Positions 12,807-26,345 of a stretch of 64,000 nt of DNA are shown piece by piece; position 1 is the first letter of the stretch, and each line of letters opens with the position of its first letter. This stretch comes from Klebsormidium nitens (lineage: Eukaryota > Plantae > Klebsormidiophyceae): the NCBI GenBank assembly GCA_000708835.1, contig DF237027.1:62001-126000 (forward strand), in the 5' to 3' direction. The notes beneath the pieces were generated by a model. The model was given only the letters and a program-made list of their open reading frames with translations. It was not told where the DNA came from and did no database searches. A program made the translations under genes and the position numbers.

Positions 12807-15800
12807 TCACCTCTCTTCTTCCTGCGGCAAAGCTTCCTCCGCGGCAGCCTCCGCCTCTAATCTTTCGGCAAACTGCTGGTCCCACCTGGCAGAGGAAAAG
12901 CGCACTTTGCACTTCTAATGGCTTCGAACGCAGTGATGCAAAAAGACGCAGATTTCAGTTTAAATCAGTCTCGCAACAGCCTTGTTCCGCCAAGATGCTT
13001 GACTTGGGCAGAAATTTAGTGACCGGGCTGTTGACTGACGCCCAAGTGCTTTCAGGAGTGGAAATGTGTTTCGGGGCCTGGTATTTAAAATCTGCAACTT
13101 GTGTTCCGCTCAAACTGCAACTCTCAGGCCGACAAGAACGTGTGGCAACACATCACAGCATCAGCGGAGTTTTGAAAAGTTCTTCAGCATGGCTGCTTCG
13201 AAGGCGATCGCCTAAGGTGGATAGAAGCAGAGACGGGTGAAGCACACAGGGCGTCAAGAACAGTGTTAGCAAACAGTGAAATCCAGTAACGAAAGAAGGT
13301 GTCCAAACGGTGTGCAAAGAGGACCCGAATAGTCGTCGCAGGCACACACGTCAAGCAAAAAAGAATCGTACATATTCCGAAAACAGAATCATTAGCTTCG
13401 GTGCCAATCTTGCCAGCTTGAGTCATAGTAAGAACAGTAAGCAGATCGGGATTTGTGAAGCAGTGATTGCACCAACCTTTTTAGCTCCCATTTCTCCTCC
13501 CTTCTCCGGATCTCTTCCTCTGACAGCGGCTTCAGCTTTTTCAAGTCTTTCTGCGAAGAGAACGACGAAGCTTTCGGTAGGGCGGACCCGTCTAGCGGCA
13601 TAACTAGCAAAGCGGCCTCGCTTGGATTCTGCTTCAGCATACGGCTTCGGGCCTTTCATTTCAGATAAGTGTCATCTTTGGATCGAGATGTCGCTTCGGG
13701 TCCAAGTTAGTATTGTGATCACCATCAATCTTCGATTGCGTCCCTTTCGTTCTTCGTGTCGCTTTCTTGTCTTCCTTCCATTTTCTCGTCCCCTCTGCTC
13801 TTTCATTACAATCCGAGTTTGAAAACTCAAAAATAGTGGCCAAAAAGTCATCATGGAACAAAGATCAGATCGAATTCCAGAATGATGCGGGAAACCGCGT
13901 CATATGTTCATTCTCGCAAGGCGTTCGGGCTTCGAACAACCAAAACTGGACGCATTTCTTCAAACCGCTTTTACAAACAATGGCACCAAGTAGTAAATGG
14001 TTCACGTGGGTTAGGCCTAACCTCCTGGACGTTAGCAGCCCAGCCCCGGTCGTCGAAGGCTCCCGCCGGCAGCGCCTTCTCCTCTTTCAGCTCCGCTGGC
14101 TGTTCGCTTTCGGTCGGTAGAGAACGAACCGGGCCCTCAGACTGGACGTAACGGTCGAGCTGGCAGAAAAAGAAGGAAGACGCCGATCCATTTTTCTTCG
14201 TAATCGAAGTGTTCCTTCACAATTGAACCTTCGTACTTTGATGTGCTGAACAAGTACCACACATGGTAAGGCGCTGCCAACCTCACGGTTCTTGAGGTGC
14301 ACTCGAATTCTGCCCTTTTGCACGCAGTATCAGACGGCCATTTGGTCGCCCACCTTATTATGCGGCAGTGCAATAAAGGCGACCAAGGCTCGACGCTGCG
14401 CCTCAAAAGGTTTGACTCTTAAGAGCATTCGCCGCAAACACGCTACAGGATATTGGGGCATGATCCTCCGAGTCTACCGACCAACTAAGAAGCCTCAGTG
14501 CGCAGGGTTTCGCACCTATCCAACTTTCACTTATTTGCGTCCAGAGGGAAACAGTAAGAGCTGTAGGCAAAAGATCGATAACCGAAAAGCGGAACGTGCG
14601 TACCTGCACGTGGGCTGCTCCCAACGCGACGGCTCCTAGCGGCAACCAGCTGTCCGTGAAATTCAACCCGCTCCTGTGCGGCGAGAGAGTGTTGTTCGGT
14701 TCCTCATTTGTGAAATTTAAAATTTACAGGATGGAGCTGAACCAGAACCTGACCGAAACATTATTTTGATCAGGAATAAGTTAAAGCTGTCCTACCGAAC
14801 GCAGAACGGAACATGATCATCCTCGAATCAAATGGAGCCGACCCGATCGGAGCCAACCGGACTCAACCCGTACGCAACCAAAGTGGTTTCGCAATGGTGG
14901 ACGGTCCAAAGCAAGGCTCGAATCCGGTTTCGCTTGGAGCAAAGGCGGCTGCGGATCTTTGTCAATTGCTAATTCGGAACTAATTCGTTCAGGAATCCAG
15001 AATCTGCGAAACCGTGCGCTATGTGCACTCGAGGTTTGGACAATAATCTGACCCGGCAAAGGTGGGCACACCACAAGTGGCTGTCGGCACAGGTCTCTAC
15101 TGATGAGGAAAAGACCGACCAAAGCCAAAAAAGCCAAGATACGTGTTTAGAAGAGTCAATGAGGGTCAGTCGATTGAATAAGAGGGGGGTCGGCGCTATC
15201 CAAAAGAAGTGTTGCTTACTTGACCCACGGAGCAAGATACACAGCTGCGTAGAGGGCGTAGCGGGGGTCGCTTGAGTCCAGCCACGCCAAAACCCATGCC
15301 TGCACAGCGAGCAAAGATTCTGTCTCGCTCTCTTCCGGCATTCCTGTCTACCGCTGAACCAAATTAGAGTCAAGCCGGCACTTTCGACGGATGTTGATTG
15401 CCTTGGCCTTTTGTGGCCTTGTTTTATTTCCTGACATTAGATTGGCAGGCATACATGCGTGCAAATCCATTTACCTCTGTCTTACCACCGTTTATAAGCC
15501 CTCCAGCTTACATCCGTCGAAAGAACGCTCTGCATCTGACTCGTCATGCCTTTGAACATCAGAAAGAGAGTTTCGGTGGATCGAGGTTGAAATCCTCTTT
15601 AGCATGCCCAGGACTCTCAGCCTGGGTGCTTCCAGTCTGCTGTGTCCCCAACCCCAAGACTTGTCGAACCTGGGAGCATCTGTAGCCTTTACCCGATAAT
15701 CCCTGCAATCGCTTAAGTCTCTCCACAGACATGGCGATCGACCCCTCAGATCAGCAGCAGAGAGAATGGGGTCACAACCAGTACTGAACATCCGGTCTAC

Positions 15801-17205
15801 TCGTTGCCCGTTGTGTCTCGACTCTCATCGTCATTGCTAGCTACTTCTTACCACTTTACAGTCACGTCAGTACTTACCAGCCAGTTGAACAGCGGCAGAA
15901 AGCTGATCACGGCCATCGCCGTATACTTTGTGTCCTCATCCCCCATCGTGTTGAAATCGTCGAATCGTTTCTTCTCGTCCACTGCCGCCTTCACGCTCCA
16001 GGGGACGGGAAAGATCAGCGGGGCGGCGGTGACTGCGATTGTGACTCCAATTGCAATTGCATACGGAGCGTCGTCCTGCCAGACCGCCGATGTAGCCCTC
16101 CTGCGGCGCTGACATCAGCAAGAGGGAACATGGTTAGGAGGACGATTAAGGGGCTCAGAGCTGATATCGCGGTTTCTAGTGGGGAACTGGCTGATTGGAC
16201 GCTGCTTCGATTTTGATGAAAGTCTGACCACTGAAAGGCCCATGTCTCATTAGTCTTCTGACCACTGTTTTGATAGGCCTCTGACCACGATCATGGTCAC
16301 AGACGGGCAAAACCCCGCGCGCGTCTTTCTCGCGCGCCGCTGATGTTAGCACAAAGGATTTTGAATAGCACGGTGGTGTGGGGGCTCTAGAAATGGCAGA
16401 AGGGCTTTTGATGCATAGTTCGAGCAACAAATCTGCTGGAAATGTTACTCTACCAAAGGTCCAGGCGTCAACGCGCCAGACCGCTCGCTTCATTTTCCAG
16501 TGGGGCTGAGATTAGCAATGACGAAGAGTGTTAGGGGCTCGTTGGGGGAGCCCTGTGAGAACATTTGGTATGAAGTTTCTAAATGCTGTAATCAAGTTTG
16601 AGCTGGGTGGTCAGAGGCTGGTTAGGGACGGCGCCCATCTGAGATTTGCGTTCTACAAGTTTGCAGGTAGTCAGGTCCCATATATGCGAATCACTCAATC
16701 AACTTCATTTCAGGTCAAGGTACACCTGAGTTTGACAAACTGCACGTCGAGACACGAGTACAGAGTTTGAAGCTTATACAATCTTTCCCCAAGAATGTGT
16801 ATCTCAAGGAGAGTCAACCTAAGGCATGAAGCTAACTTGAGCTTCAAAGACAGCTAGCTTCCTTACCTTCCGCATCAAGAGAGTTCCTGATTGGCATCCT
16901 AACGCTTGCCCCCACCGTGGTGATGCAAATGCAGATTGCAGTGAAGCTCCCTGAGGATTGTTGCGCCTGAGCAAGTCTTTCCTGTTTGAATAGCTGTCCC
17001 CACCACAACTTGACACCCTCTTCGTCCTCCTTCTCTGAAGATGAGCTTTTCTCTGGCAAGCAACCTCCTCCCAATTTCTCCAAGTTGCCCCGCTTTCGCC
17101 AGTGAGAGCGCAGTGGCTTCTGCTGCCACAGTCCCGCTTTCTAAGGGCTTGCATGCATGCACCGCCCACAGCATTGCTGCTAATGAGACCCGAGGAGGTC
17201 TGCAT
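12807..17205 (-). CDS. Conserved plant membrane protein of unknown function (At5g63040-like) with a transit-peptide-like N-terminus
   Basis: In-frame exons 17205-16867, 16108-15878, 15299-15220, 14673-14604, 14159-14022, 13652-13477 (weak AAG acceptor) and 12885-12807 (TGA). The core reads DTKYTAMAVISFLPLFNWL-AWVLAWLDSSDPRYALYAAVYLAPWVK-SGLNFTDSWLPLGAVALGAAHVQ, with C-terminal ELKRWDQQF. This resembles, from memory, the Arabidopsis At5g63040 family (VMSVISFIPYFNWLSWVFAWLD...ESWLPIASI...HVQ). Confidence 0.8.
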
Positions 17206-18611
17206 TGGAGTTTCTGTGCAGGAATATAAGCAATCGGCTGGTTGCGTTGGACGAAGAGCTCAAAAACAAGTGCTTTGAGCTCAAATCTCCTTCGATCACT
17301 TCGGCTTCAGCATGAAGGCAATGCGCCCTAGCAATCGCACTGTTTCAACTTCGAGTTCAATGCCAGTGGAACAGCCTCATGCTGGTGCAGCAGCATTCTT
17401 TGGGAGGGGTTACAATGACCCGCAGTAACCAACCTACCCAATGCGTTCGGTGCGCGGGGTCTAGTATGTATGCGCAATTTTTGCATTTCCAGACGTTTCT
17501 TCCGTACACTACATATGCGCGCTACTGGGCTGCCCCGCGCATATCAGGTGGTTCGATGCTAACCTACCCTTAAACCTGCCAAAACAAGGAGGGCAGCTCG
17601 CCCTTCTTGAAGTTCTTCCCAGTGCTAGCCATCTTCATTTCCACAGCATGATTGCGCAGCTGGCTGGCTGCTTTCTAGGGCTAATTGCGTCCTGCCTGTA
17701 GCCTTGGGATGACCGTGATTGCAAATCACTGTCCTTACATACACGCAGCTAGGAGGCTGTTTGCCGCACAGTTGGTGCAACCTACATCTGTCACTCTGCA
17801 AAGCGCAAGACCACTTTTGGATCCCGCTTTGGTACTAAGGAGAGACGCAGCGTCGATTTCGAAGCAGATTGGGAAAAGCTCGATCGTCAGGTAGGCAACC
17901 TATTCAGTGCTTCAAGTATGTTTATGTTTATGTTTGTGTTCATATGTCCATTGTAGTCCCAATAGGGAACCATAAGGTTTGTGAGTGGTGGTACAGCCTT
18001 CATTTCATTCAGGGCACATTTGATGAGCACGTCTCTACATCTTCAGTCATCTTCAGTCATCATCCCCTTGAATGATGACTTGGACTAAACTTACATGTAC
18101 TTTGGGGCTTAGGGACCTTGCCGTATATGTAGCCTTGGATGGCCCGTCAGTCAGGGGTTGAACTTGAAATTTAACGAGAGCCCTGTCCTCTTTATGCATG
18201 TTTAATCATGAGTCTGAGCTTTCTTGGGTTTGTGATTGAGGAGGGGATATCAAAACCTTCGGTTGTTTTGTCAAGCTGGTGGAAGATAAGGCTTTAGCCC
18301 TTTGCACCCACCTTGGGGTTGGCTTCAGAAGGGCCCAATAATGGAGCACCTTTTCATAGACGCTGTTTGAGAGTCTCCCCTTCTATTTCCAATCTTCAGT
18401 TCAGCAAGTGTGAATACACATATCCATCTACAGTCTCACGCATTCTACCGTGCCCCTTATCAAAAGGTTTCACTTCAGCTTGATTGATCATCATATATGT
18501 GCGCTCAACGTCTGCGCAATTCACAGGAAGCTCAAACGACGATGAAAATTCTGAGCTCCCCCCCTTTTGCGTTCCAGGGCCGCAATTTCAGACTCCAGCT
18601 CCCCTCTAAAG

Positions 18612-21600
18612 ATGGTGAAAGCAATCAGAATTCACAAAGCGGGGGGCCCGGAGGAGCTCAAGTGGGAGGACATTGACGTGCCAGAGCCGGGTGAGGGGGA
18701 AGTGCGAATCAAGCACACCGCAGTGGGGCTCAACTTTATCGACATATATTTTCGGAAGGCCATCTATCCACCGCCCGGTAAGGCAGCTCTGTCTCGCGGT
18801 GTTTTTGCGCTTTGCAGGTGTTCCTCTGCGGTTGAGGCAGTCAATTGCTTGAGCAGAAGACGCAGAAGGAAGCTTTCGGATGTCCAGCGTGCAATAGGTT
18901 TATCTGTAAATTCCAAATCAAAGCTACTGTTGTGTTGCTGAACTATCAAAAGCTTCAGCAACTTTTTATTTCAATTTGGCAGTGCACTCATCCCGGAAAA
19001 GCCTTCAAAGTCCTGAAAACAGTGCACATACCGGCAGGATCACAAATTTTTGTCACAACTCGTTGGGTTGATTGGACCCTGTGGTTTCAGAATGTAAATA
19101 CTCCTTTCCTTTGCACCTGTTAACCTGACTGGGATGAGTTCTTGGTCATGACTGGCACGGGCCTTGCATCAAAAGAACCTATATATTCCATAGGCATCTT
19201 CTGATTGTCCTGACTTCAAATCTGAACGGTTATAAATACAATATCGATTTGCAAGTAAGGAGGGTCCTCAGACATTCCCTTTGCAGAGATTTGTCAGGGC
19301 ATCGTCTCATGAGTACGCTTGCCTTGATCCTTTGTTCAGAACCATATTCGGACGCCGTATCTTTCATGGGACTGGGCTTCGTTTCGAAGCTTTTTCCGAG
19401 GGGATCCCAGAGTGCTGATCTTGGAAAGAAAGACCGCAAGAGACTCGTCCTCTTCTGTGGTTCAATGTACTGTGCTCAGGTCATTAGTCTGAGGTGACTT
19501 TGGCTGCCACTGGTTGCAGGTTATCCTTTCATTCCGGGTATGGAAGCAGCGGGCGTCGTAACGGCCGTCGGGCCGGGCCTGACCGGTTGCAAAGTAGGGG
19601 ACAGAGTCGCATGTGCTGGGCGGCCGATGGGTGCTTATGCGGAGGAGCGAGTGATACCTGCAAACGTGTGAGCGCTGCAAACCCGTCTCGCAATTCTGAA
19701 TTCAAACAATGACCTACGATAAGATAAAAGAATCATATGGCCAATCCCATCGAATCCCTGGGGTCCAAATGGGGCATGGGTTACGAAGGGGGTTCAGTTT
19801 GTTGGATCAATACGAGCATTTCTGAGACCTGCGACCAGAGTCCTCAACGGCCGTGGTGGGAATCCTTGGAGAGTGATTCTTGTCTATGTATATCTGCATG
19901 TTGTTGACTCGACCTCTGACCATTGAACGTGAATTGAAAGAATTGTGAGGAGGTGTCTCTGTTTCTAGGCTTGTGGCCTGTCAGATTGGATGGATTACCA
20001 ATGGTATAAGTCCGGGGAGAGTTCCATCAAACCCCTCGTACGAGCTGATGGAGCTAGCATTCCGACCGTTGATTGCGGCCCAGAGGGGTGGCGAGAGATA
20101 ATTTATAATCCACATCCTCGCTTCGTTCTAGCGACTCTTAGATATGACGAGCTGGCCAGTCCGCTGACGTCATCTTTCCTTTCTGCAGCCTTGTCCCGCT
20201 CCCCGACAACATTTCTGACGAGCTCGCTGCGGCCTCCCTCCTTAAAGGTGCAAATTCCCAGCTTGTGAACCCACGACTTGGCAGCGGATTCCGTGCAAGT
20301 GTCTTGATTCTACGGAAAACGATAAAGCGTGGTGCAAGGCCTCGATTTTTGCATCTTGGATAGTGTTTTTTTGTTTCCGGTCTGCAGAGTGAATTGAAAA
20401 TCAATGTCACCAGTTTTTTAGCTTTACTGCTCACTGCTCATGGATCTTTTCCGACTCGTGTTGTGCCCCATTGTAGCTATGTCTAGTATGCGGATTCTGT
20501 TAGCGAACATGACCACCCTGGTTCTACTCCGCCACTTGTTCCGCGATGGAGCATCGGGACCAAATTCTAGTGGATGCTTTTCTCAAAACGTTAAGGTGCC
20601 TTCCTTGATTGTTCGTGTATCTTCTATTAAGCGTGACCCTCCGTATTCAGGTTTCGACATGCAAAGTTGAGAAGGGGCACCGCATCTTTCTTAAAGTTGC
20701 ATCTTTGACACTTTCTTGAGTTGTCTCCTTCAGCTTGCTTTCAACCCATCTCAGGCACGACCGCCCACCTCCACTTACCTGCGTTTTGAGCTTAAGAAGG
20801 GCCACCGAATCCTACTGACCCTGACTTTTTCTGAACGTTTCCTCACTTAGTCGGCTAAATCCGATGATGGCGCGCGTCGAATTCTGATTGAGAACCCCAC
20901 CTTAGTGCCTTTGAATCTCCTAGACGCGTCCTTGACCTTTCTCGGACCCCACACCCAAAAATCCCTGAAACCCTAAAAATCCGATCGATCTCAAGACCGT
21001 AACCACTCTGATCTTGCCCAGGCATGACCGCTCACATCCTGCTACGCCGCGTGTTCAAGGTCGAGAAAGGGCACCGAATCCTGGTTCACGCCGCAGCCGG
21101 CGGCGTGGGCCAGATTCTCGTCCAGTGGGCGCACTCCTTGGGCGCGACGGTGATCGGAACGGCCGGGTCAGAGGAGAAGATTAAGCTGGTTAAGGACCTA
21201 GGAGCGGACCACGTGATCAACTACAAGACGCAGGACTTCGTGCAGGAAGTCAGGTGAAAACGTCTCGCTTTTCTCGGCAGTGAGTTGGGGAAGTCGTCAG
21301 GGAAGTTGTCAGGGAATTTTCCACTGATTGTAATATCCGCACCGTGACGTCGCTTTGATACGGAGCAGTTGCCATTGGAGCGTTGTTTGTCTGAGGGTGA
21401 TGACGTCAGATTAAGCGCAAGAGTGCAGTGGAGGCGTGTATCGCCGTTGACATGTTGGCTTGTATCTTCCACCCAGGAGGCCGAAGGCAGGGCTCACTTC
21501 TTGTCATTCCGACTCGCAATTCGTGTCGCAAAGAGTGCAGAGCTCTTTTGCCTATGAGAAGGCTGGTTTTGAAGCAAGTGCGACTCGACGTGCTTGCTCT

Positions 21601-22228
21601 CTGCTGGATTATCTGACGTTAAAATGCCATCACGGAGAAGTTGCCTTTTTTATAAAGGCACGTCGCCGAGTCCAGTGGAGAAAGACAAGCATCTTTCTCT
21701 CGCATCCGCCTTTTGAAGAGGTTCAAGTTTCTGACTTGCAGAACAGCGTGGGAAAGGAACACCTGCCCCCTCCGAAATAACGTCACCCGTTGGCTCTTCA
21801 ACCGGTTCGCACGTTCAGTCTGTTTTTGATCCTTGACGTTCCGCTTATCGCTCAGGAACATTACAAACGGTGCGGGCGTGCACGTCGTCTACGACTCGGT
21901 CGGGAAGGACACCTTTTACGGTTCCCTCGACTGCCTCGCCCCGCTGGGAACCCTAGCCGTTTTTGGCGCCTCCTCGGGGGCCCCCGAGCCGTTCTCCATC
22001 TCAGAGCTCGCCAAACGCGGGTCGCTCTCCGTTACCCGGCCATCGCTTATGGACTACACCAAGACCCGGGAGGACCTGCTGACGTCAGCCGGGGAGCTGT
22101 TCCAGATGCTGGCCGGAGGGCTGGTGAAAGTGTCGGTTGGAAATCGATTTCCGTTGGGAGAGGCGCAGAAAGCGCACGAAGCGTTGGAGGGGCGGCACAC
22201 GACGGGGTCGACGGTTCTTGTACCTTAG
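18612..22228 (+). CDS. QOR: NADPH:quinone oxidoreductase (zeta-crystallin/Qor, MDR superfamily)
   Basis: Exons 18612-18777, 19520-19667, 20189-20247, 21022-21253 and 21856-22228. Motifs: [70 protein letters not shown] (NADPH binding), [39 protein letters not shown]. An upstream N-terminal extension cannot be excluded. Confidence 0.95.
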
Positions 22229-23427
22229 GGAGTCTCTGCTACGCGCGTATGATAGGCAGATCGTATAAGTTGGGAACCTGCCACGTGGTTTGTGCTTCAG
22301 ACTTGTCATGCGAATAAGGCTTGGTATCTTCGCGGATCTGGCTGTACATATAATAGAAGCACGGGCACAGAAAGTACGGTTATATAGGGTGACGGATTGC
22401 GTGACCAAGCTGAGAGATGGCACTGTACTGTACGCACGCTACACCGCATGTGAGTGTTCTTTTGACACTCCAACCTATAGCGGTTGCATTTCTGAAATAC
22501 ATTTCGCAGAGCGATCAGATATGCAGCAACCTTGTGTGGGAAATAAGATGTATGTTGCACGAGTCCGTGGCTGCCTCGAGTCCGCCTCAAGACGCTGAAT
22601 CAAAGTTCAACGGTCACGATCGCAATTTCTTCTTTCTGAGATCCCCTGACTGAGGATTCGTGGCCACTTCGATACACATCACTGCCCAGTAGCCTTGATT
22701 GAATGTTCCGACACATGAAGGGCTGTTGCCTGGGCCGATGGCCGCCGCGCCCCAGCGCTCGGGCGTTGAATTACTCTGGCGCTGTATCACAGTACTGAAT
22801 CGTGCCAATACCGCTGCGCCCGTGCGCAGGTTGATTGCAGGGCGGTTGCACCGGTTATGCATGCGCGTGGCCATCGTATTCGATTGCATGTAAAGTTATC
22901 TCCACGACGAACCTGAAGACCGTATGTGGCATGATGGCCATCGCTTACAGGAACCGATGTATTTGTATCCGGCTTATGCAATATAGTACATGACTAGATT
23001 CCGCGGTTTGTAATCCTCGAAAGATTGTGCCTACTGTTACTGCATCATCCAAATTTTGGGACTCACTCACGCTCTGCTGAAGGCCCACTACAGAGCTACT
23101 ACATTCTTGGCAGGGTGCGAGGTTTATCTAGCAGCCGCACGCGGCGGCGGCCGCCGCGTACGATTTACCGATCGCCGAGTCGGCCCGCTTCCTCTGTTGG
23201 GGAAGGCTGGCGCGACCGGTTTGCTCTTACCGATCACCTTCCAAAGTCGAACGCGATTTAATCTCGGGGACCGGGGGGTTATACCGGGGCTGTTGATCAG
23301 TGTTCTTGTCACCCATCCTCTTTCAATCTCTGGCGCTCTACCCTCTAACTTTGGAGGAACTGAAGATCAGAACAACAGAAGGGCGGCTGATGCAGGATCG
23401 ACCGCCATCTTCTTAGCGTGCATCAGG

Positions 23428-24800
23428 ATGTCTCCCATGTCTGTGCTCAGGTGAGCTGAGGGCGAGCCGAAGCTTGGGATTTCGACAACTTTGGCAGGGT
23501 CAGTCTTCTACTTTTTGCTGTATGATGCGAGCGCTGAGACTGGGTTGGTTCGGTCAGGACTGCTTGTGTCTTGACCAAATCTCTTGCATCAGTTGTAGAT
23601 GTTGAAGATTGGCTCAGGTGTTAAGGTGATGCATGAGGCCAATTTTGAATCTTATTTGAGGTACAAGGATCAGGAAGTGGGAGATTTTGCTAACCCAGAT
23701 AATCAACAGCGTTGATGACCCTCCTGCCTTCAGGGCGTCCTCAGAACAACATGTGATAGGATTGCGCAAATATGAAGCTGTATGGTTGCACAACTAGTAC
23801 TCCATCCAACCAAAATTCGTTTCAATCAAACATGCTACAATTCACAAGCCATTTCGTACATCAAGCTTCACCGTAAGCTTTGAGACTGATTGTAGTTGAA
23901 CAAAAGAAGGTCCGAGATACACGAGTCTTTCTTCAGATTGAACAAAAGTAGGGAAGCAAAACTTCCTGCACGGACTCTGCAAGGTCTACGCGCTGGTGCA
24001 AACAGTTGCCAGGAGTCTGGCGCCTTATAGGGGTCATCTTTCGACGTACTCGCGTTCCGCTCTCCAGCCAGACGTTCCGCTCGCAGTCCGCTCTGCTGCG
24101 TACGGCTTCTCGCCTCCGCACAGCACTTCATTTGCCACGAAGATTTGGGTAAGAACCGGTTCAACAATGGCTTTCTGCTTATGAAAGGGCATGCTAAAGG
24201 TTTTTTAAGATGGAGACTTGTGCATCTTGCCTCAAAGAGCTAAGACCTCTTCCGGTAGAGGCTCGAATCATCAACAAGAAAGAAGCCCCCACTACTGCTT
24301 TACAAGTTCACATTATGTGGCCTTAATAAGACCAAAAGACCTCCAAGCTGAGCTTTCCATCCCCTATAGGCGTCTAGTCAAGAGAGGATGCTTTTTCACC
24401 CGACTCTGAGCAAAGCGGAGTCTCTCTTTGTTTTGTTGACGAAGAGACACGAATGTCACCTGTCCCCGTCGCGAGTCTGCAAGTTGACAGACCTATTACT
24501 CTTACGTTCCACACCAATCCCAATGCCTCGTCGGTGCAGAAAGAAGGGGACCGTCACATGATGGAGATCGACGGCAGGAAGGTGGAAGCCCTTGACTACT
24601 CATCCATGAATAAGCTGGAGCCAGAAGTGACGGGGCTAACAACAAACGTGTGGCTCAGCCAGAAGTACCCGGGGCGCGTCTGGATCTCACACGTGGAGGA
24701 TGACGACAGGCCTTGGGAATGGGAAGAGCTGGATGCCGGGCACCTCTTCCCGATGTTCCAAAAGAAGTCCGGTCCAAAAGAACCAGCATCTGAGGAGTGA
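23428..24800 (+). CDS. Paralog 1 of a tandem triplet: transit-peptide-like N-terminus plus truncated 'VTGL..W.S' domain
   Basis: Tentative exons 23428-23450 (MSPMSVLR, donor gtgagc), 23984-24148 and 24491-24800, about 165 aa in frame. The exon 2 translation is R/S-rich with no D/E. The last exon has LEPEVTGLTTNVWLSQKYPGRVWIS, homologous to the ORFs at 27605 and 30279. Internal exon boundaries are less certain than for the other two paralogs. Confidence 0.6.
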
Positions 24801-26345
24801 AGCCAGCAAAAACTTCTTTGTCATCAAACTCGCTTGTCACGATACTCAACTAGGCATACATTGAGGTATAGCTTAGGTCGAGCTTACAAATAGAAGCTGG
24901 CCATGATCGATTCATGAAGTGTCTACCGGTTCCGAATCCATCTAGAACATTCCGCTTGGTTCACACGTTTTAGAACTCAGGTTTGTGTCTGCACTTTAGG
25001 TTTCCAAACGTAATTCAAGGCAGACAGGTGCACCGAAAACGGCTTATCATGTGTTCGATCGCCAGCATAAGGTGTGACGGCAGCTGATGGACATCTTCTT
25101 GAGCTTCTGCGTAGACTACAGGGTTGATGTCGCTTGTGCTGTTCACCAGTACCCAGAAACGGAAGCGCTAAAGGCAGGAAGTTTCCTCTGCTACCAGCAC
25201 GATCAAACGGTTCGTCAGACATGAAGATCTAGAAGACGTTCGGAGCAGTCTGCCTGGTTTGCATTCTTGCCTGCATGTTCGTTTCGGCGTCCAGTGCCAG
25301 GTTGCGCGTGTTCCAGCGTTTCACGTGGAACCCTGTAAGCACAGTTGTTGAAGTGTCAAACGTGCTTGGAAGTGCAATGCACGAATAAGTGCACGGCTAG
25401 CTGCCTTCCTGTGTCCACAGACACATTCAATCTCTCTTTGATCGTCAGTTGCGGGTGAGACACGACATGTAAACTAAGTAAAGCTCAGCGTCCATGCTGC
25501 GTGTTGGAAGTGCAAGCATGTAGATACGCTGTAATTTGATTGATGTCGGCTCATCAAATCATACGAACCCATCGACGTTAAGTTGCCACGAGCAGAGATT
25601 CGGGAAGGCCCAACTAGAGAAGCTGAGAATTTGGATAGCCCAGATGGCTCAGAATGAAGCCACTTGCTTACAATATCACATTTTCCCGACAAGGCGAAGT
25701 CGTGGTGACATGTGACCAGAGATTCTTGCATAAAAGACTCAGACGGGACATCATCAGTGCACCGTCTGAAGAGCGTTCCTTGGCATAAACACCGAAGGAG
25801 AAATCGAACCAGGTTTTGGCCAGGCGGCCGGATCTTCCAGCGGACTCCAGGCCGTATGTGAACCTTGTGCGCTGAGCTTTCCGGCCAGCGGAAAGCAGGA
25901 TTTTCCTTCATCCATAGAGCGAAACTCTTTTGACTAATCCAGTATAGTCGATACATTTTGATACTTCAAAGCGCGCGCGTGTGACTGGGAGCTCACCTCG
26001 GTGTTTCCCGCCTAGAATCGACTGTAACCGGGGATTTACGACAGTTGACATCCAAATCCAACCCACAGTTTACAGTTCAGACCGAGGGAGCATCTGCTTA
26101 CAGCACTACTCTGAGGTAGGAGACTGCAACTTTTGGTCGAACTCGCAGAGGAAGGACTATTCTGTGGCAACATTCTGGCGGATGCTGGTGGGGTGAGACC
26201 AGGAAGGATAAAGTCTCCTTCGAGCAAAACCACAAAAAGGACTCTCTTGGTTGCGAACAGTGAAAAAGCCGTCTTCTTGGCCTTCGCCTCTGAAACTTGA
26301 TCCGAATGTCTGGCACAGCGGGGGTCTTCCGTAACATTAGCTAGC

